From the NCBI GenBank assembly GCA_034780895.1, contig JAUZTB010000066.1, positions 6,657,238-6,721,237 on the forward strand: 64,000 bases of DNA, read 5' to 3'. This document shows positions 24,495 through 36,190 of the stretch, in pieces (the first letter of the stretch is position 1; each line of letters opens with the position of its first letter). This DNA comes from Rhynchobatus australiae (lineage: Eukaryota). The notes beneath the pieces are model-generated. The model was not told the origin of the DNA and ran no database searches. It saw nothing but the letters and a program-made list of their open reading frames with translations. A program made the position numbers and the translations under genes.

Positions 24495-25245
24495 GCAGTT
24501 GAAGCAGCCTCAGCTTCGAGGACCTGACTTCAATCCTGACCTTGAGTGCTGTCTGTGGAGACAACATGGGTTTCCGCCCACATCCCAAAGATGTGTTGGT
24601 TGGTATGGTAATCAGCGGCTGTAAGTTGCCTTAAGTGTAAACGGGTGGCAGGGGAATTGATGGGGGCAGGAGTCAGTAGATGACGACACGCCGGCAAAAT
24701 GGGATTATTGTCAAAGTTGAGTTTATTGCCATCTGCACAAGTATGTGTATGCACAGGTGCAATGAAAAACTTACTTTCAGCAGCATCACAGGCACATAGC
24801 ATTAGATAAGCAGCATTCACAAGAAAAACATAAATTTGACACAAATTTTACAAGAAAGAACACGATTAGAACAAAAAGAAGTCCATTTTAGTGCAAAGTG
24901 GTCATAGTGTCACTATACTGAGGTAGCGATTAGGGTTTTGCTGGTTTGTTCAAGAACCAAATGGTTTAAGGGAAGTAGCTGCCCTTGAACCTGGTGGTGT
25001 GGGACTTCAGGCTTCTGTACCTCCTGCCCAATGGTAGCTGCGAGAAGATGGCACGTGAAATGCAAAAAGATGTGTTGGTTGGTATGGTAATCGGCTACTG
25101 TAAGCTGCCTTAAGTGTAAATGGGCGGCAGGGGAATCAATGTGGGTGGGAGTTAGTGGATGACGACGAAAGAGACAAAATGGTACTATTATAGAGGGGTG
25201 GTTGGTGTGGATGCAGAGGGCTAAAGGGCCTGTTAGCTTCAGTGA
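24495..25245 (+). mobile_element. V-SINE with internal duplication, hosting a minus-strand Rex1-like fragment (about 24712-25055)
   Basis: SINE head and V-domain at 24495-24700; Rex1-like cccttgaacctggtggtgtgggacttcagg; SINE resumes at 25066 and ends with gggctaaagggcctg. Confidence 0.65.
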
Positions 25246-27159
25246 CAGCAACATCATGGTTAAGATGGTGCCGGCGATAGAGCAGTGTTAATGGAGACTG
25301 ATCTTTTGGTATTCTCAGCTGGGGTTGAAGCAATGCCAGAGGAAGGATAGGCTCCAAAAGAAGACCAAGTCACGAAAATAAGGGAATTTTTTCTTGTGCT
25401 TGGAAATATAAGTATTCTACAGGCTGCACAGAGGAATTACACAGCATTTCATCTATCTGGCCCTGCAATAAAATGTTTCTGAATTTCAAAATCGGTATTT
25501 TAAACTGCTGTTGGTAAAGCATTTTGTAGGATAACTGTTGATCATGGAGTTAAAAGAAAAAGATGAGCAAAGCTTGAGAGGGAATACTTTGGCAATGTAT
25601 CTCAANNNNNNNNNNNNNNNNNNNNNNNNNNNNNNNNNNNNNNNNNNNNNNNNNNNNNNNNNNNNNNNNNNNNNNNNNNNNNNNNNNNNNNNNNNNNNNN
25701 NNNNNGTATCTCAATTTCGACTTAAATGGTTAAGTGGTACTCACCTTTGTCTTGATCTTTATGTCAATAACAAGAACAATTATTTGCACTCATATCTCCT
25801 CCATGAATAGAACTATATCCCAAGGTGTTTAACAGGAAAGGTGTCTAACAAAATGTAACAGACACACAGAAGGATCCTTTAGTTAAGTGATCAAGAGATT
25901 GATCAAGGAGGTAGGTTTTAAGGAACATCTTAAAGGAAAAAGGTGGAGAGATTTGGGAGGGTATTCTTGACTTTACTGAAGAGTATTGATTAATTTTGTT
26001 ATCTTTTATTCTTGCTCACAGTGGGGAAGACTTGATATTTTATTCCCAGTTGAATAGAAATACTTTAATGTGGATTATTTTTCTAAATTGAAAATATTTT
26101 CTGGGGTCCAGGTGAATCAACAAGGGCAGGAACAAGACTGATTCCTTGAACAGTTAGAATAAAATACATTGTAAAAAACCACAGAGGGGACTGGTTGGAA
26201 TCCTGCACACATCCCATCAATATCACAGCAGAAATGCCTTTCCACTGTAGTCCTGCAATAAATTCATTATTCATGATCATTGCATTGAAATGTAGTTACT
26301 GCATTAATAAATTTAGAACCTTGGTCTATATTGGGATGTGTGCAAGAAACACTCTGGCACCCATGATGATCCTGCTCATTCTGCCTTATTTCCTTCTCTC
26401 TCTCTCTCACTTTATTCCCTCACCAACAGCAAAAGTGTGAGACCACTGCCCACTGTTGTTGATTCATTTGCGAGGACAAAATAGCCTGGGATCCTTCTAT
26501 TTCTGACATTTGATTTACTTTGAAAGAAATTGCAGTTTTCATCCTTTTTGGAATGTCCTGAACTGTTTTACACTTGAAGTATTTTATGACTGTTGGAGGA
26601 ATCTGTGTGTTCAACTTGCACTCTGAATCTCGCTTTCACATGGGACCCAGTCACCCTCTTAATTACGGCTCGGATCAGGACAGCACGCAGAGAAAATCTC
26701 TCATACGGCAGTGGTAAGTTTCTTCAAGTCAGTTTATTCAGGCTCTGTTACACTGCATACTGGGGAGCACTTTGAGTGAGAGCTCAAAGGTACTCCACTG
26801 ACTCAACAAACCTCCAGTGATTTATAGTATTCGTGTTACAATAGTTACATGCAGATTTAAGAATTTCACCAGTAGCCCACTTTTCTTTGTAGTATTTGAT
26901 CTTTTATCTCTGCGGGAGATAAAACTACTTGACAAATGGGACTTTGTCTTCCTTTACCAGACAACCAGTTCCCCGATTCTCTCTGCAATTGGGTGCTCTA
27001 ATTTATGGTCTTGTCCTTTTGTTATAATTCTGCTTATGTAAAGATCAGTTCTCCTACACTTAAGTTCTATTCCAATCTCCATTTGTTTATATCTGCTCCA
27101 GCTAGCTATGCCTTGTAATCTAAACACTTTCCTGGTCGAAGTACTACCCTGTTTCCTAT

Positions 27160-27640
27160 GTCAAAGTCGAGTTTTTGTCACGTCCACAAGTCCATGTGTG
27201 CACAGGTGCAATGAAAAACTTACTTGTAGCAGCATCACAGACACATAGCATCATATATGCAATATCCACGAAAAAACAAATTACACACTTTTTACAAGGA
27301 AAAAAAAAACAATTGGAACGAAAAACAACAATTGGAACAAAAAAAAGCCTATTTTCGTGCAAAGTGATCAGAACGATGATGGTGTTGCTAAACTGTATGG
27401 TGATTAGGGGTGTGCCGGTTGGTTCAAGAACCGAATGGTTTAACGGAAGTAGCTGTTCCTGAACCTGGTGGTGTGGGACTTCAGGCTTCTGTACCTCCTG
27501 CNNNNNNNNNNNNNNNNNCTGTGAGTAGATGGCATGGCCCGGATGGTGGGGATCTATGATGATAGATGTTGCCTTCTTGAGGCAGCACCTCCTGTAGATA
27601 CTACTGATGGTGGAGGGATGTGCCTGTGAGTATTGGGCAG
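27160..27640 (-). mobile_element. Rex1/Babar-like LINE 3' fragment
   Basis: ORF 27156-27686(-) STISSIYRRCCLKKATSIIIDPHHPGH resembles the Rex1-type ORF C-terminus; close match to 24712-25055. Confidence 0.7.
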
Positions 27641-27784
27641 TGACCTTTTGAGCCATCTCCGCTATTTGCCTTTTTTCCACCATCATCCCTTTTGAATCCG
27701 TATAACACTTAAGTTGACCATATTACAAACTTTCCCAATTTTCTTACAATTCCTGGAGATTCCTCCTTCAATGATATATAGTCA

Positions 27785-28935
27785 CTATTGTGCTGCAGCA
27801 TAGGAGTTTACATACAGGCATGGATAGGAGATTGGCTGACAAACAGAGAATAGGCATAAATGGGACTCTCTGTGGTTGGCAAGTTGTAATAAGTGGTGTA
27901 CCACAGGGATATAAATGACTTGGATGAAGGCACCTCAGATGGTGTTGCTCATGACACAAAGATAGCTTGGAAAATAAGTTGTGCAGAGAACATAAGGGTA
28001 TGGAAAAGTGAGTGAGCAAAGATCTGGCAAATTGGGTATAATGTGAGAAAATGTGAACTTGTCCATTTTGGCAGAAATCTAAAAAGAAAGCTTGTTATCT
28101 GAAGGGTGAGAGCTTGCGAGTTCTGAGGTGCCCAGGGAGCTGAGTGTCCTAGAGCATGTTTGCAGATACAGCGAGTAATTAGGAAAGCTAACACAATGTT
28201 ATTGCTTATTGTGAAGGGAATTGAATATAAAAGAAGGGAGGTTGTGCTTAGGGCATTGGTGAGACCTCATCTGGAGTACCACTTACAGTATTGATCTCAT
28301 TTAAGGAAGGATGTAGATGTGTTGGAAGCAATTCAGAGAAGGTTCACTGGACTGATACCTGGAATGGGTCAGGTATCTTACGAGGAAAGGTTGAATGGGG
28401 TAGGCTTTATCCACTGGAGTTTGGAAGAGGGAGAAAGAGACAACTTGATTGAAACACAAGATCCTGAAGTTGTGGATGTGAAGAGGATGATTTCTCTTGC
28501 AGGAGAATTTAGAACTCGGGATCACTTTTTAAAAATGTCGCTAAATTTATGACTGCGGTTTTGATCTCCTTACCTGAAAAAGGATGTACTTACTGTGGGG
28601 AAGTGCAGGAAAGATTCATTAGACTTGTTCCAGGGATGGTGTTTTTGCTGCATAAAGATCGAGTAGATTAGACCTGTGTTCTCCAAGGTTTAGAATAGAG
28701 GTGATTGAAATGTACAACGGGCTCGCACCTAGCTGAACACAGAGGATGTTTCCCCTGGCTGAGGTACCTAGAACTAGGAGTCATCATTTCAGAAGGAGTG
28801 GTCTATTTCTGACCAAGGTGAGAAATTTCTTCACTCAGAGGTAATGGCCTTTTGGAATTCTCTACCCTGGAGACCTGTTGAGGATCAGTCATTGCATTCA
28901 TTAAATTAGTGATAGATTTCTGAGTATGACGAGAA
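27785..28935 (+). mobile_element. Degenerate CR1-like LINE fragments (at least two pieces)
   Basis: gtggtgtaccacaggga (GVPQG), ttggtgagacctcatctggagtac (LVRPHLEY), and LEAIQRRFTGLIPGM...YEERL. Confidence 0.75.
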
Positions 28936-28952
28936 TCAAAGTTTATAACGAT

Positions 28953-29275
28953 AGCACAGTGGTGCTGCTCATAGAGCTGCTGCCTCATAGCTCCAACAAC
29001 CCAGGTTCAATCCTGCCTTCTGACGTACATGTGTGGAGTTTGCACATTCTCCCCATGACTGCTTGGGTTACCCCTGGCTGGGTTTTCTCAACAACGTGCA
29101 TGTTGGTAGGTTAATTGACTACAGCAAAATGCCCCTGGGGTGTAAGTGAGTGAAAGAGTCTGGGGGGGATTAATGGGAATGTGGGGATAATAAGTTATTG
29201 GGAAAATTAATGGGGAACTGGGACTGCTTTGTGGGCTGGCATAGAGTAGATGGGCTGAAGCAACCTCATGTTGTA
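28953..29275 (+). mobile_element. V-SINE (HE1-like), full length
   Basis: A-box-like start, B-box GGTTCAATCC at 29004-29013, V-domain gtgtggagtttgcacattctcccc, and CR1-type tail gatgggctgaag. Confidence 0.75.
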
Positions 29276-29599
29276 AGGAAATGTATGGTAGATCTGCATG
29301 ACTTTAATGAGTGACAGAACAGGCTTGAAGAGCCAGTTTTGCTTCTAATTCTGTTGAGGAAAAATGTTTTCTCTCAGAGACCTGAGTCATCGGAAATCTC
29401 TTCCTCCAAAGCTGGTGGAAGCAGAGACTGAATATTTTCAAGGCAGGGGTAGGTCGATAGATTCTTGAGAAGCAAGGGGGTGAAAGGTTACCGGGGCTAG
29501 GCAGGAACACCAAGTTGCAATCAGATCAGCCATGATCTCATTGGCAAAGCATGGTTGAGGGGCCAAAGGACCTGCTCCTCCCACGTCTGTAACTCCGGA

Positions 29600-29900
29600 G
29601 ACATGGCAGACAATGTGTGTACACCAAGCTTCTGCGAACAGTAATGTGATCAAGTGCAGATAGTTCCCTTTCACTTGTGTTGATTGAGGGAGTAATATTG
29701 GCCCCCAGATATGGTCTTTGAAACAATGTTCAGGATCTCTTGCTCCCACCTGAGGGAGCATCTCCTCTGAAAGAAAGCTCCTCCAACATCAGCAATGCAC
29801 TGGTACGTCAGCCTGGTGTTTTTGTGTTCGGATCTTTTGGGTGGAACCTAAATTCATATCCGCCTGACTCACAGGCAAGTGAGTTGCAGCTGATGAGCAG
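29600..29900 (-). mobile_element. DeuSINE (SacSINE1-like)
   Basis: Reverse-complement Deu-domain-like gttgattgagggagtaatattggcc...cccacctgaggg. Confidence 0.5.
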
Positions 29901-31164
29901 TTGGAGAATATTTGGCACAGGTCAGCAGACTAAGGAACTTCCAAAATAGTTTACAACCAGTGGAATAATTTGATGTGGCTTGTAGTCTCATATGATGGAA
30001 CATATCAACTATTTCACCCTTTCTAACTGTTCCATTGGTAATACATAATAGTAATGGTCCAGATGTAGAATAGTATTTAGCAAGGCTGCCATAGACTAAA
30101 AGGATTCCCATCCATCTTGTCTTATGATTTTTAAAAACTGCTGTTGACTTCAGAGCACTGTTATGTCAACCGAGTGTGAACAGTACAAAGAGTCAACAGT
30201 TTGTATTTACAGAAAATAAATGACATTTTTGTAAAATAGCTCAGAACTCAATCTAACTCGAGCTGCAGTGTTACATTAGGATTCACTGCTCTTAATGAAA
30301 CACAAACCTTGTGCACCATCAACAAGCATTCTTGTATTCTAACCTTGTTCCACATATGAACTTAATTACTTGGCATAATATATGTTTTTTAAATGAGAAC
30401 CTTGTTGAAAGACCAAAGCTGAGCAAAGGATACTGTTGGTTCATTGTGGAGGGCAGAATAAATCGAGGCTTGAGGTAGCACTAGACCTGAATTTAATTTA
30501 CCATAGTTGAAAATACTTGGTTTCCATAGCAAGTGTTATAAGCTTATTAGGATCAGGAGTGAACTGCCTGAAGGGGTGGTGGAGCAAGTTCATTTGTAAT
30601 TTCCAAAAGAAAATAAGATTAATTCTTAAAATTCTCATGACTGGTTTCAACCTCAGCAACAAATTACATTTATATATAGTCCTTTCATGATTGCAACACA
30701 TGCCAATTTCATATGAAGGCACAGAGGAAGATACTATAATTTTCAATTGTCTTCACAATCTCTCCTGTTTCGCCATCTTTGCAATGTTCTCCAGCAACCA
30801 TCGTGATCCTCTAGTTCTGGCATCTAGCCAAAAATGTTTCAGAACAAAAACTCCAATAAAAAGGACAAATTAAAAGAAATTAATATCAGTTTTTTTTAAA
30901 GTGTTGGAAAATTAATGGTGCTAAAGCCAGTAAATCCTCAGGGCTTGATAATCTGCATTTCAGAGTACTAAAAGAGGTAGCCATGGAAATAGTGGATGTA
31001 TTGGCTGTCATCTTCCAAAATCTATAGATTATGAAAAAGAGCCAAATATCCTCCTCCTGCTGCTATTTTCCTTTGTTTTATATCCCTGTTACTAGCTGCA
31101 CTATTAGCAACTATATCTTTGCTTGCAAAGGCCATGGATTTCAGAAGAATTAGAATGCAATTTC

Positions 31165-31480
31165 AGAATCAGATTTATTATCACTGACTTAGATGATATG
31201 AAATGTGTTATTTTGTGGCAGCAGTACAATGCAAACACATAAAATTACAAAAATAAATAATGTGCAAAAGAAAAGGAATAATGAGGTAGTGACAATGAGT
31301 TTATTGACCATTCAGAAATCTGATGGCGAAGGGGAAGAAGCTGTTTCTGTATCATTGAAATGTGGGTCTTCAGGCCCCTCTCTGATGGTGGTAATGACGA
31401 GAGCATGTCCCGGAGGGTGAAGGTCCTTCATGATAGATGTCACTTTCCTGAGGCATTGCCTCTTAAAGATGTCCTTGATT
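31165..31480 (-). mobile_element. Rex1/Babar-like LINE 3' fragment with (CTGATT)-type tail
   Basis: cagaatcagatttattatcactgact start shared with copies at about 20000, 47635 and 53468. Confidence 0.6.
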
Positions 31481-32652
31481 TGAGGAATTCTTTCTCTAAA
31501 TCTCTCGCCCTCGTCTGTCTGAGTCTCTTTAACAGAATCCTTTTTGACCTGGGTTTGGGTTATCTATCCAAGTAACCCGTTATGTGACCCTGGGCCAGAT
31601 TTTGTCCTATGATACACAGGTGAAGCACTTTGACGCCTGCTATTGCATTAAAGTCTTCACGTGAATGCAAGTTGCTGAAGGAGCAGTGGGCTCAATAGGA
31701 CAGCTGCAAGAAAGCACTACCTAATGGCCGCCCTTGTGCTGTGATTTTAAATTTTATCTTGTTCAGCGTGAATGTTGCAAACCTTAATTCTAGCAGGTCT
31801 ATCAAAAGAACTGGGTGGTTGTTTCTGCAAGTTGAGTGACATGGGATTGGGTGCTTGCTCCTAGAAATTGTGCAATAGGAACGATGACTTTGCAGGCTCC
31901 AGCCTGAGACAGAGAGGCAGAGTTGTTAGCACTGGGTCTTGTGCCCCTGTTCTATCCAGAGGGAGCCACAGTCCCAGTGCAAAGGCTGAGTGGCCTCTGG
32001 CGCCTGTCAATCAAACCCCGCGCTTACATAAGCGCCGGAAATGACGCACGAAAGCAGGGAACGTAATACACAGCCCATCGCTTTTTTAAAAAAACAAATC
32101 ACGCTTGGATTAAGTTACTCCGAGACTTTTAGTCCCGTGCTCCCGCAGTTCCGCCCGCAGAATGCAGCAACGCGCTGAAGCAGGTCGGTGAACTGACCGG
32201 CTCCAGTCAACGGGGGTGCTGGCGGCTTCGCTTCTGAAACAGAATTAGGGGCGGATTATTTTGCAAGGGGCGGATGAGCACCGGACGGAGTGCGCCGCGT
32301 GCCCCATGTAAACAAACCGCGCGGAGCGATACGGCTTTGAACGGACGGTGCGAAGGTAGCGCGGGGTGGGGGAGGGGGAGAAGAGGCGGCGGAGGGAGAA
32401 ACAAGCCGTTAGATCCCCGCCCGCCGTCCACCTCCGGCGCCGCCGCCGCCGCGGACGAGCAGCGTTTGCTCACATTTCCCCAAACGGTGACAGAAAGCGA
32501 GAGGCAAAACCGCGCCCGAGCGCTTTAAACGGGGGGTGTGGGGGGGGAGAAAGGCGGCANNNNNNNNNNNNNNNNNNNNNNNNNNCCCGGCGGCACTCGG
32601 GCCCGGCGGGGGCAAGGAGACGGTGACGCAGGGGGTGGGTGTGCTGCGGCGC

Positions 32653-32660
32653 TATATAAG
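32653..32660 (+). promoter_or_regulatory. Candidate TATA box (predicted TSS about 32685-32692)
   Basis: gcTATATAAGgcg embedded in GC-rich sequence; CRE-like TGACGCA at 32624-32630; Inr-like TCAGTT at 32690-32695. Confidence 0.55.
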
Positions 32661-33087
32661 GCGCGCTGCAGCGGGCCGGCGGCGCACAGTCAGTTGGTCG
32701 GCGGCCGGTCTGCGGGGTGGGTCAGCGCCGGAACCTCCCGCTGCCGGAACAAAAGAGACAATAAAACAAAAATGCCGCAAAATCTCTATAGCGAGAAAAG
32801 AGATTCCTCCACATCTGTCTGATACCCAACACACGCATATACCCCCCCCACGCACACGCCTATATTAATGCTAAGTATGCGCAGCAACCGAGCGCCAGTG
32901 GAATGGGATTATGGTGGCAGAGCCGCCGCCGCTGCTCCTTCACAGCTGGTGCTGCTCGCTGGAAAGCCCGGGCTCTGCCGTGCCGCTTATTTCATGAGGG
33001 AGCAACCAACACTGCCAGCAGCAGCAGCGTCAGTCACCACTTCCATCTCGTCCTTCTTTTCCTCTTAGCCCCTCGGCGGTGCCGGCT

Positions 33088-33177
33088 ATGGAGGTAGTGG
33101 GGGATTTCGAGTACAACAGGAAAGATCTCATAGGACACGGAGCCTTCGCTGTGGTCTTTAAAGGCCGCCACAGGAAG
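33088..33177 (+). CDS. ulk2: Serine/threonine kinase ULK2, coding exon 1 ([30 protein letters not shown])
   Basis: Matches the human ULK2 N-terminus [30 protein letters not shown] (Gly-rich loop); strong Kozak GCTATGG; donor AAG|GTAATA. Confidence 0.95.
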
Positions 33178-35179
33178 GTAATAATGCATCGCTTGCTGGG
33201 GTCGTTAGTTAAATCTGCTTTTGCAAACTTCAGCCGGCATCGGTATTCGAACCCTCCTCGTGTTTTTTTTTATTTTTGGGGCTGTTTTGCAGACTCGTGA
33301 CAATGTACATTTTTACTGTAAATTGCAATCAAACGAATGCTGTCTGAGCACACTGAGTGTGGCTCTAACGTTGCATGTTGGTGACTGCACGGGTGGGTAT
33401 CTGGTGGACCTCATTCTGCGGTGCATGTTCCGCCGTACACGGCTGCTGCCGGAGTTGTGACAGGTGCCCACACTTTCGCTGCTTATTGCTGTTTGCTGAC
33501 TATTTCTCACTGCCGTGGTCTTGTGTTTTGTCATCTGTAGCTGCCTCTCCAGTGGTGCAGTATGCCTCGTGAATAATAGATGGCAATTTGCTAAAGTGTG
33601 CTTGACTGCATGCCTTCCATTTCTTTCCCTTTTCAGTCAAAAATCAGTGCATGGTATTAAATTTTATTTATTGTCCAGTGTTACTGTTTTAAAATCAGAG
33701 TGTTAAAACAGTTGAATAAAAGCCTCTTGATAACAAGAAGAGGGATTCATTCACACACAGACTTCTGCCACACAGGTGTTTGATTCCAGGATTTGTGGCA
33801 TGATGGTAATATTACTGGTCAGAGGGTGATAGGTTTTTGGGTATTAGCAACATCAAAATCGAGTGCAGGGAAGTGGCGCTGAATAAAAGATAAGCTATGA
33901 TCTCATTACCTGAAGAAAAGACACAAGGGGCTGAATGGCCTATTCCTATTTCTTATCCTCTCATGACATTGGTGATTATTAACCTTTTTGTTTTAAAATA
34001 ATGTAGTGTACTTTTCAGAAATGCATGATCATTTTTTGTTTCCCCACCACTGACTTCAGTGTTCAGACAGAACTTGCTCATTACTTTCTGGGTGACTTTC
34101 TGTAGTGCAAAATACAGGGGCCAGAGTTTGCGTTTCATCTTATACTTTGGGCAAGTGACAAGAATTCTGAATGTCCTATCTGACAGTGGTCTTCACAAAT
34201 ATTACTTTAAAACAGTAAACAGGAAGTGTGATCTTCTACCTCCCATGACTGTAAGATGATACTGCACTGAATGACAGAGTTGAAAATTGTATTGATTGAC
34301 TGTGTAGTCCCTGGATCAGGAGCAGCACATAGCCTCGAGCTCTTGTTCTTGTTGGCTGATCGGTGCTATTGCTGAAATGTTGGGTGAGGCAGGAATTTTA
34401 CTGAGTTACAGTGACACCCCCATTACACTCACTGTTAGGGATCCTGTATAGGGCACAAATGAGGTACTGGGCGATGCCTGGCAACTGTGAAAACCTCAAT
34501 ACCAGGAATAACAAACTATTTCCTAATAAGTAGAGAGCAATCTACTGACACTCAGTAGTAACTGTTCTGTTGTTTGGTTGGCTTCCTGTTGTTGTCTTTT
34601 TGCCAGGCATGGTTGGAGATATATGACATATAATGTGAAGATTTATATGGTCTTTTTAACAAAATTAAGTTAGTGTCTTTGTTTTTCCTGAGCGTAGCAG
34701 TTTGCATTGGGATGTGGTTGCCCTGGTTGTTTCTGGTATTTCTGTCAAATGACCTTTTCAAAGGTGACCCTGGGTGATGTTCAATGACAGGATGTTTGGT
34801 TATGAAGAGAGCAGTCACGGCCAAGCTGAAGTTTTTCTGTATGTGATTTCCGCTGCTGGCCCAGGGCAATAACCATTTATTCTTCTCCCCACATCACCTC
34901 TTTGGCTAGATATGTAGAGATCAAATACAGTGACCCCAGGGCTGCCCTATGTTGAACTGTTTCAGGGACTTTTCTGGTTCATGGCTTTGCATGTGAAGAT
35001 ATTATTTTGGCAAAATCTGAAAAGTTGAAGATACTTTTGTATTGTTTAATCTAAGGAGAGCTATGCTGAATTGACACTCCAGAGTGAAACAATCCAGTCA
35101 TTGGTTATGTTGGGACTGAGAAGTCAGGAATGGTGGGAAAATGCCAAACAGAAAGCAGTTATTTTTTTTACCATGTCCA

Positions 35180-36190
35180 TCACACTCCTGCCTTGAGCCT
35201 TGGAGGTAGTGGACAGGCTTTGGGGAATTAGGAAGTGAGTTAATCACCATGGATTCCCATCTACTGACTTGCTCTTGCAGCCACGTTGTGTTTAGTTTCT
35301 GGTCAGTGGTAACCCACTAATGTTGATAGTGGAGGATTCAGTGATGATAATGCCATTGAATGTCAGGGGGTGATTACTGGATTTTCTTTTGTTGGATGTC
35401 GTCATTGCTTGGCACTTGTGTGGCACAAATATTATTGGACACCCATCAACCCTGGCCTGGATATTGTCCAGATCTTTCTGCATTTGGATGTGAACTGCTT
35501 CATTATCTGAGGAAACACCAATAGTGCTGAACATTACTCAATTATTAGCAAACATCCCTGCCTCTGACCTTATGATTGAAGGATGGTCATTGATGAAGCA
35601 GCTGAAGATGGTTGGGCTTAGAACACACCCCGTGGAACTCCCTCACAGATGTCCTTTAGCTGAGATGATTGATCTGCAACCATCTTTCTTTGTGTTGGCT
35701 ATGATTCTAACCGGGGAGTGTTTTCCCCCTTAATTCTAATTGACTCCAGGTTAACCAGGGCTTCTTGATACCATACTTGATCAACTGCTGCCTTGATGTT
35801 AGGAGCAGCTACTCTTTCTTCACCTCTGGAGTTCAGCTCTTTTTTGTTCCTGTTTGGACCAAGGCTGTAATGAGGTCGGGGTGGTAATTGGCTAGTTTGG
35901 ACTTGTCCTACTTTTTGTGGACAGGACATATCTGGGCAATTTTCCACATTGTCAGATAGATGCCAGTGTTGTAGCCGCACTGGAACAACATGGCCAAAGG
36001 CACAGCAAGTTCTGAGCACAAATCTTCAGTATTATTGCTGTAATGTTGTCAGGGCCGCATAGTCTTTGCTGTATCCAATGCCTTTAGCAGTTTCTTGATA
36101 TCCTGTGGAGTGAATCAAATTGGCTGAAGACAGGCAGGCATCTATGAGTCTGGGAATCACTGGAAGAGGCCGAGATGCAGGCTCCTACTT
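35180..36190 (-). mobile_element. Degenerate CR1-group LINE RT region (second family)
   Basis: Minus-strand NIKAAVDQVWYQEALVNLESIRIKG resembles the RT motif DIKAAFDRVWH; MQKDLDNIQA. Confidence 0.7.

Larger units (their letters stand above)
31990..33480 (+). promoter_or_regulatory. CpG island / ulk2 promoter and first exon
   Basis: Abrupt GC- and CpG-rich region in an otherwise AT-rich, CpG-poor window; GC boxes; TATATAAG at 32653-32660; surrounds the ulk2 start codon. Confidence 0.85.

Noticed and set aside
28953-29030. tRNA-like A/B boxes suggesting a tRNA gene
   Set aside because: They are the head of a V-SINE, followed by the V-domain and a CR1-type tail, with no intact cloverleaf.
32207-32868. 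Several 67-110 aa ORFs on both strands in the CpG island
   Set aside because: Expected from stop-codon depletion in GC-rich DNA; low-complexity Ala/Gly/Arg/Pro content with no homology.
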